The translations under genes were made by a program, and so were the position numbers. A stretch of 64,000 nt of DNA, taken from Convolutriloba macropyga (Eukaryota). Below are positions 56,861-64,000 of this stretch, piece by piece. Position 1 is the stretch's first letter, and each line of letters begins with the position of its first letter. The stretch spans positions 372,001 through 436,000 of the forward strand of contig NC_134475.1 in the NCBI RefSeq assembly GCF_964194025.1. The letters run 5' to 3'. Below the pieces are notes generated by a model. The model saw only the letters and a list, made by a program, of their open reading frames with translations, had not been told where the DNA came from and made no database searches.

Positions 56861-59481
56861 GTTCGTTAAATTTCGTGTTTCAAATTTTGTTGGAGTTTTT
56901 ATTAATAGCCGTCGTCAGCCTCTCAACGGCTAATATTTAAGGGCTCTCCTTTTTTACAACTCGAATTGGAGTATTGGTGGAGCGTCTTTTTTTATCCCAA
57001 AATTTTTGGAGTGTATTTAAAACAGGATGTAAAGTCAATGCTGCACGTGAAAACTAAGTGTTTAGGTCAGACAGCTGAACGAAATGAAGAGCAGAGAGAA
57101 GAGAGAGTAATTTCTATTTCATGGTGCGGTTTTGAGAAGCGAGCGAAATATTTTGATCACTTGCGGCATTTTCGAAGCAGCTTTTCCAGTGTTTACTTTA
57201 CTTTTTCGGGTATAAAGTTGTTGTTCTAAACCATATGAACAATTGTTTGTTTGTAAGCATTTTGACCATCTAAATCATATATTAGAGTTTTATATGAAAT
57301 CTTCGGCTGTTTTTGTGATTTCGCTGTTTTGGAGGCTTTTTAGCGGTCTTTGTACTCTTTTTAAAGTTTTATGTATTTGGGGTAATTTTATGGTTGAGAT
57401 TAGTATTTATGTTGTTTTCATACCCTTTTTTTTATTTTTGCTAATATGACTTAAAATTTGTTTCAGTTGAAGAAAATAAGACTAAGTTTTAACATTTTTT
57501 CTGAATTTTTCTGGTTTTCAATTTTTTTTTTGGTAATTCCTGTTTTTTCTGAATTTCAGAGTATTTTTCATACGTAATTGTTTTATTTAGGATGGTAGTA
57601 GGGTTCTTTCTACTGCGTGAAACCAATGAAGAGGATTGATGGTTCATACCGATGTGTTTTCCAATGCCTACAGAATCGGGTAGTGGATCAATGCCTCAAA
57701 AGCAACTGCTTTATAAAGTGTCTCCAAATTGAGACTAATATATTGAGACTCTACCAAAAAGAGAAATTAATTTAATAAATTTAACATGTTTCTTAGATTT
57801 TGTCATCGTTTTTTTTTCTTTTCTGCTTTCTTTTTCCCCGATTCGAGATGGATTGCTTGTTATGTTTTTCATTACATCTTTTGTCATCTTCATGGCCCGC
57901 TATTAAAGCGTCCCTAATTTTTTGACGTCATTGAATAAGAATTTGGTATTTAGATTTATCTTAGTGCACAGATTTTTCAACATTTTGCGTTATTTTTTTT
58001 ATTTCTGTAGGATGTTTTTATTGTTCTCTCATTCTTCTCAAAGTAAACGCAGGCAGAAATTGCTCAGAAGAACAGTCTTGAATCAACGGAGTCAATATCA
58101 CGAAACCAAATTAAAGTAGAAATGGAATAATCGCATAAAACCCAATTTTAGGTGCCTGCTACTTGAACTCTGTTCTGATAAATATTAGTTACCATCTCTA
58201 GTGCTTATTTATACGATCACCTGTATTCCATCATTTAAAAATAGTTGTATGTCTAACTCCAGAAGAACATCAACATAATTCGTATTTTATTTTTTTTTTG
58301 CAAGTTTTTTCATTTTCCCTTCCAATCCTAATTGGGTTTATGGGAATCAATGGCGGATTTTTTCCGGCAATCTGCTGGGTAGTTTTGCTAGTACATTGAG
58401 TTTCATGGAACAGAAATTGAACATATCAGACATTCTTTTATCAAAAATGTGTATTGGAGTCGCAAATGGTGAAAGAATGCCAACAACATGTGCTCACATT
58501 TTTGTTTTCCTTTCTAATTTGCTTCCTGTTTTTCTTCAAATTGAGTGCTCTAATTAAGCAAATAGTCTTGCTAGTTCAGAATATTGTTTTGTAGGGCGTG
58601 AGTTAAGTTCCACTCTGAGTCGATTCCGCAGTCTGCAGGCTATGTTTTTTTTAACTCGCTTCACCTTGTGATCACGTTTTTCTTTTTACATAAGTCACGG
58701 ATTTCACTTCGTGACTTCCTGACTTCTGACTGACTTCACTCTCTGTTTCAACTAAATAGATATTAAATTCTTTCACGTATGGAATTGCGTAATGTATTGA
58801 AAACGGTCAAAGTGAAAATAGCGAAATCAAACGAAACGGGAGGAACGTATAAAACCCGGTCATTAAATAATAATGCATTAGGTTATCAAAGTTAATTAAA
58901 GCGGTTGCTAGCTAGTATTAGTTTCATGCCTAATAGCATTCAATTTAAAAGCTGAATTAAGTGTATTTTTAGAATCTAACCGAATGTGCAGAGTTTACAC
59001 ACCAAATAAGAACACTTTGACACACAAAAATTCTGTCAATTTCTGTCTCTTAGTTTTTTTTCTCTATCTGTTTCAATCCTCAATATGCGTCAATTGAGTC
59101 GGCGCTGGCTATTTTCCGGCGATTTGTTATCTACGTTTTTACCTTTTCATCAATATTCAAATCAGACATTCAGGCATTTTAATTGAAAAAGTTCTGCTAC
59201 TCAGAAAGTTTAATAGAGGGTTTTAATTGCTGCTCGATTTTTTGCTCAAAGATACACAATGCGCCAAAATATCCAATTTGGGGATTTCAAAAAATTGGGT
59301 ATTTTGGCATTGATAAATTTTTACTTAACTTCCATGCAATCAAATAATTTAAGAATTTCGACACTTTTATACTCAGTTAAGATGAAAATTCAAAAATTCT
59401 GAAAATAACAGTTGATGAAATTTAGGCCACCAAAGTCAACAAATTACGACTTTATATTTGTGTTATTGCGGTTTAATTTAG

Positions 59482-60139
59482 GGTTAAATTTTCATCTGAT
59501 TCCGAATTAGAACCCAACGTCTTACGAAACCGATCCGAGTCAGCAATCGTGTTCGGCAATGCTAAACTTCCAGCGGAAACAAATGAGACCTTGACGGACC
59601 CTCTAGATTCGGTTGTACACCAATCACATCAACCAAAAACGTGTCTACAATGCGACTGTTTTTACACACTTATACGTATATCTGCAACTATGGAGGAGAA
59701 CCCTCAAGCTTTGCCCGATCAAATTGGAACTTTCGAAGGGTTTTCAACTCACGATGACGCAGTCTATTTGCCCAAGAATTATCGCGAACAATTTCTCGAT
59801 TGGACGTCGCAACTTTGCAGTTTGGGTTCAAGAGAAGCGGCAACAAGAATGGAAACATTCATGCGGAAATTTGTTTTTGGTTTCCTGAAGTACACAGTGG
59901 TGAACGATGCCTATGACGTAATAGCACGCGATAAATATCTGAACCTTGAAAGATTTTGTAAAGTTGATAAACGATCTCTTGTATGTCTATACAGCGATTG
60001 TCTGCTGATTTTGAACCGAAATTCTTGTCCAGCAGCTGCTAGGTTGTTTGTTCACAACTTGTTCCAGCCGGCTATCAATGAACAGATAGCTAAATTGAGG
60101 TTGCCTTCGTTTTATATACCCTCATCAGATGAAATGTGA
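59482..60139 (+). CDS. RICTOR: RICTOR C-terminal domain exon
   Basis: Phase-2 acceptor. HQPKTCLQC zinc motif and CLYSDCLLILNRNSCPAAARLFVHNLF resemble Rictor CLYSEV..LL....FRL..RRFIQELF. Ends at TGA 60137-60139 or splices at AT|GTGAGT. Confidence 0.88.
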
Positions 60140-60661
60140 GTTTGCTAACATGGTGCTCAACCTTGGCAATCATCCGTTAAAAATCAAAGAATATATCACA
60201 AAAAAATTAGCTATATCAATTGTTGGTGCTGTTATTTTTGTAAATGAAAGGAAAATTTCATCTAAATCATTTTGATATTTTTCAGACTTTCTTTTCTATC
60301 TGGAGAACTGTTGCTTTATTTTGTACGCTTTCTTTCTTTCTTAGATTTTTAGTTTATAAGTATACTTTTGCTTTTTCTTAGCTTATTTGTATCTCAGTTT
60401 TAGACAATTTTAGCTTCAAGACATTATTGCGAATTCATTTTCTTTATTTTGATTTCATATCAACTGATCCTTTTTGATTACTAATTCTAAAAATTCACAT
60501 CTAAAGTGTTTTAAGATTTAATGTTGATTTCGAGAACGATGTAACGGCAAATAGACAGACAAAACAAAACGTCTGTCTTTTCGTCCAATCAAATCGGCTG
60601 AATTAGCACCAATCAAAAGAGAGTAAAATCAGGACATTATTGGTATCTATCGTATGCTATA

Positions 60662-60850
60662 ATGACAGCGGATCTCTCATCCAATCAGATTTCAGTTGCT
60701 CCTAGTGGACAAACTGCAATGATGACTACTGCAATTGGCTCTTCTTCGACAGGCGGTGTGGGAAGTATGAAGCCGATTGCAAATGGTCAAATGTATCGGC
60801 AGATTTTTGAGGCTGAAGTTCAACTGGTCAACAGTCTTGCTACCTCAAAG
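60662..60850 (+). CDS. CCDC180: Probable first coding exon of coiled-coil domain-containing protein 180
   Basis: PIANGQMYRQIFEAEVQLVNSLATSK matches my recollection of the CCDC180 N-terminal [26 protein letters not shown]. Donor AAG|GTACAT. Confidence 0.65.
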
Positions 60851-63470
60851 GTACATCACAGCTCAGTCGAAAACGAAATGTAGTTTACCTCTAAGTTATG
60901 TGACTGTACTTGCCGTCAGAGACAAGTTCTGGCACTTAGGGGGGGGGGGGGGACCGCGTAGCGACTCGAGATGTCAGACCAGATTTTGGACGTGACTTTT
61001 CCAGAGTCGTGTAACCTTTCTTAAAACAAGCTTTTTGTAATTGGCGGTTATAAATAGCGTTAGAGAAGACAGAACAGACTAGATCCTAAGAAAACAAACA
61101 ATTATAGAATGTTCGGGCATTTTGAGATCCAAATTACATGTAAAGAAATGAATATCTTTATATGAGCTATATAATAGCTGTTGTTTTATAAACTTGTTCA
61201 AACCTTTTATCATTACTGCCATAGTAATTCATCACCAAAATATAAAGTGGGTCGAACCCCAGTGGTAGCATTTCTTTGAATGTTAATTTAAGAAACTTTC
61301 ATTTGATTATTGTTAACTGCATGCCTTGTTTAGTTAGACTTGAACCTGTTGCTAACCTATACCACCCCCTCCAATAAAATTATTGCATGATAAGCAGGGC
61401 TTTTTATGTGGGTCTGGCAAATCTTTATTGATAATGATTAACAAGTAGAAAGAATACAAAAAGGGACAAAACTAGAAGATACGTTTGCACTTTTTATAAA
61501 CAACTAAATTCAAAGTCATAAAAGCCATTAGCTATCAACTGACTTGCTGACCTGTCATTATCCAGAATGTCATATGACTACAAAAAGAACGAACACAGGC
61601 AAAAATCAAAAAGACAATTCAATTTTGCGAGGAATTGGTGTCGAAGCCTATGAAATCACAATCTATTCGCCAAAATATTCAATATAATTGGCAATAGTCA
61701 GCGCGCATAAGGTGATGTTCAACTTGTAATTAATGTGTCATAAATGTGATGATCGGACAAAACAGAAAAAATAAAATTTGTAAAACTCGTAATTTCAACT
61801 GTACAAACCATTATTTAAATAAAAATGCAGCCAGAAAATTCACATGAGCAAGAATGCGACCTCCCTCTTCGCGGAGACTACGCTAAAAGTTGGTAGAAAC
61901 CAGATTGATAGTTGCGAATTTCATAAAACTTTTATTTTTTCTGAAATACATTTTTAAAAATTGTAAGACATAGCAACCGTGAGCTTTCAAATAAAAGAAT
62001 TGTAAATAGACACTATAAATTAACAACGAATACAGTCACAACTCAAAATTTCACAAAAATTTTAACGCAAACGGTTTTGAAGACAGAAAGCCATATGTTT
62101 TCCACTAAGATTAGCATGTATGTTCATTGACCGTTATTTGCATGTAAATTTATCCTCTCAATAATTGAAGTTAGATTTGAAATCATGTCCTGTAACTAAC
62201 ATAGAAACACAGAAAGGGCCAAAGTATTCAAAACAAAATAGCGCTCCATTGCAATCCGAACAATTTTTTGAACTATGAAACTACAGAACTAGACTGCAAC
62301 AGGTCTTGCTCTTGCTGCTTCGCCATTAAAGCAAAACAAAATACTCTATATGTTACTGAAATATCTAATTTTGACCAACAATTCAATATATCAAAAATAA
62401 AGGATGAATTTTGGATATGTACCCAGTTTTACTGCCGAAAGACCATTATATTTTAAGGGAAAGCATTAGATAGTTCCTGTATTGGCTGATTAGATACCAA
62501 AGACATTTGAATAATAAGACTAAGTCATAAGACTACAAAAAGAACATCAAATGCTGTTGAAACTCAAAAATTCATTAGAAATTTGAGAAAACTTATTGTC
62601 AGAGCCATAAAAACCATGAGCTTGACTCAAAATACGCAATGTTTTTTTAGGACTTTAGTTGAACTATGTGACCTGTTATCAATTGAATTTTTAAAGAAAA
62701 CAGACTTGTCTGTAATTGAGGTGAAAAAATTGCCAATTTTTTTAAAGGACAGACCCAAATACACGCTGAACACTTTTCATTGCAAAGATCAGCAACGAGA
62801 CCAAAATTGGCCTCGCTATTGCTGCGCGACTGTTGAAAAACGCCATTTTTCTAAAACGTTGCGTTATAGGTTTTAGGCAACCAAAAATCATAAAATACCA
62901 AAAAATTTTATGCTTTTTTTTAAAGATCAGTTTAAGTTAACGAAAGACCGCAAAAACTTTTTTACGAACAAGAGGTACATTAAGCCCAAATCTGAGTAAG
63001 CTCAGATTGTGTCAGCAGTTTTCATGCCTGCACTACCGGATAAATTGGGCCAAATAGACATATTTGATGCCGTTTTTCACGAAAGACAAAGAAAAAAGGC
63101 TGATTTTTCAAAAATTTAGCTGAAATCTTTGCCAAAGAGTTGATTCTAACAATTCACCAATTCCGTTATATGCTTAACGGAGAACGAGTGAGACTATCGT
63201 TTTTAATTTTATCATATTTTAGGCAACAATTCTTCAAAATATAAGCAAATATTACGAAAATTGTTGAGAAAACAACAAAATTTTAAACCTCCGTAACTCC
63301 CGGAGAAAGCGAAAATCTAAATTTTTTTAACTTGAAATTCTATGCCTGACAAGGTTTTTAGTAATACCACTTATAACCCTGTACGGTGAATATATCGATC
63401 GGCGAAATTTGACTGAACAAAACAATTGAGCATATAGTTCCTCCGCTATTAAAGTTGGTCGGAACAATGA

Positions 63471-63558
63471 AGTAGTGGGAAAAAGGTGCTATCCAGAAGA
63501 CCAAAGACCTCACGGGTATTCGTTTTTGTCTGGATAAATGCACCTTTTTCCCACTACT
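63471..63558. mobile_element. Solo AGTAGT...ACTACT hairpin; probable terminus remnant of a related Polinton family
   Basis: Perfect 19-bp inverted repeat AGTAGTGGGAAAAAGGTGC / GCACCTTTTTCCCACTACT plus inner TATCCAGA/TCTGGATA. The nearby CCCTTTGTTTTATCCACTA (63581-63599) resembles the main element's TIR. Confidence 0.55.
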
Positions 63559-64000
63559 ACATATAAACATTATTTTATTTCCCTTTGTTTTATCCACTAT
63601 ATTTCCCCTTTACATTTCCTCAAAAACTATCATTTCTTGTCTCACTTAGTGCAATCCGCTAGCACAGAGTTAAGCTTGTAATTATCCATTATCAGACGGA
63701 TAGTTCGGGTTCTATCCCCGCCGACTCCGGTGGACGTATCCCAGATACTAGTGTAATTAGAGAGACCGTGTAAAAAGCACGCAAACCAACTTGCGAAAGA
63801 ACTTGAACAAAAAAATTGAAAAAAATATTAACTAATAAAAATTTTCATATGTTCCCCAATTAATATTTAATCAATCTAAAACTAAAACTTTCTGTCTCAC
63901 TTGGCGTAGTGGTTAAATCATTGAGTCGAGTTAAGTTAATTTAGCAAATGGAAGGTTTAGGGTTCCTTCCTCACTGTCTGCAGAGAACGTCCCCCGACTT

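Noticed and set aside
63645-63930. tRNA-like A/B boxes (also 50650-50680 on the - strand)
   Set aside because: I could not build a cloverleaf. At most these are tRNA-derived SINE remnants.

Overview
AT-rich eukaryotic (probably invertebrate metazoan) DNA. Most of the window is one intron-rich RICTOR (TORC2 subunit) gene on the + strand, about 2.7-60.6 kb, followed by what looks like the first exon of CCDC180. One RICTOR intron carries a full-length but decaying Polinton/Maverick (adintovirus-like endogenous virus) at 17563-38014. It has an ATCTGA target-site duplication, 128-bp TIRs, pPolB, integrase, major and minor capsid genes, an adenain-like protease, two A32/FtsK-type ATPases and an internal 3459-bp tandem duplication. 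Just upstream, a ~4.9-5.1-kb tandem duplication copies a frame-symmetric RICTOR exon. Other introns hold a degraded BEL/Pao LTR element, LINE fragments and non-autonomous repeats. The most unusual signals lie in the Polinton: (i) about 25 GC-rich 4-bp-stem GNA-triloop mini-hairpins with varying stems, on both strands and in several reading frames; (ii) TIRs that are each a ~124-nt hairpin running AGTAGT...ACTACT, with a second such hairpin of different internal sequence at 63471; (iii) a protease-ATPase fusion facing a second, membrane-anchored ATPase; (iv) two perfect heat-shock elements upstream of an orphan ORF. All protein family calls come from motifs recognised by eye, without database searches. 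Splice sites are inferred from GT/AG signals and phase matching.
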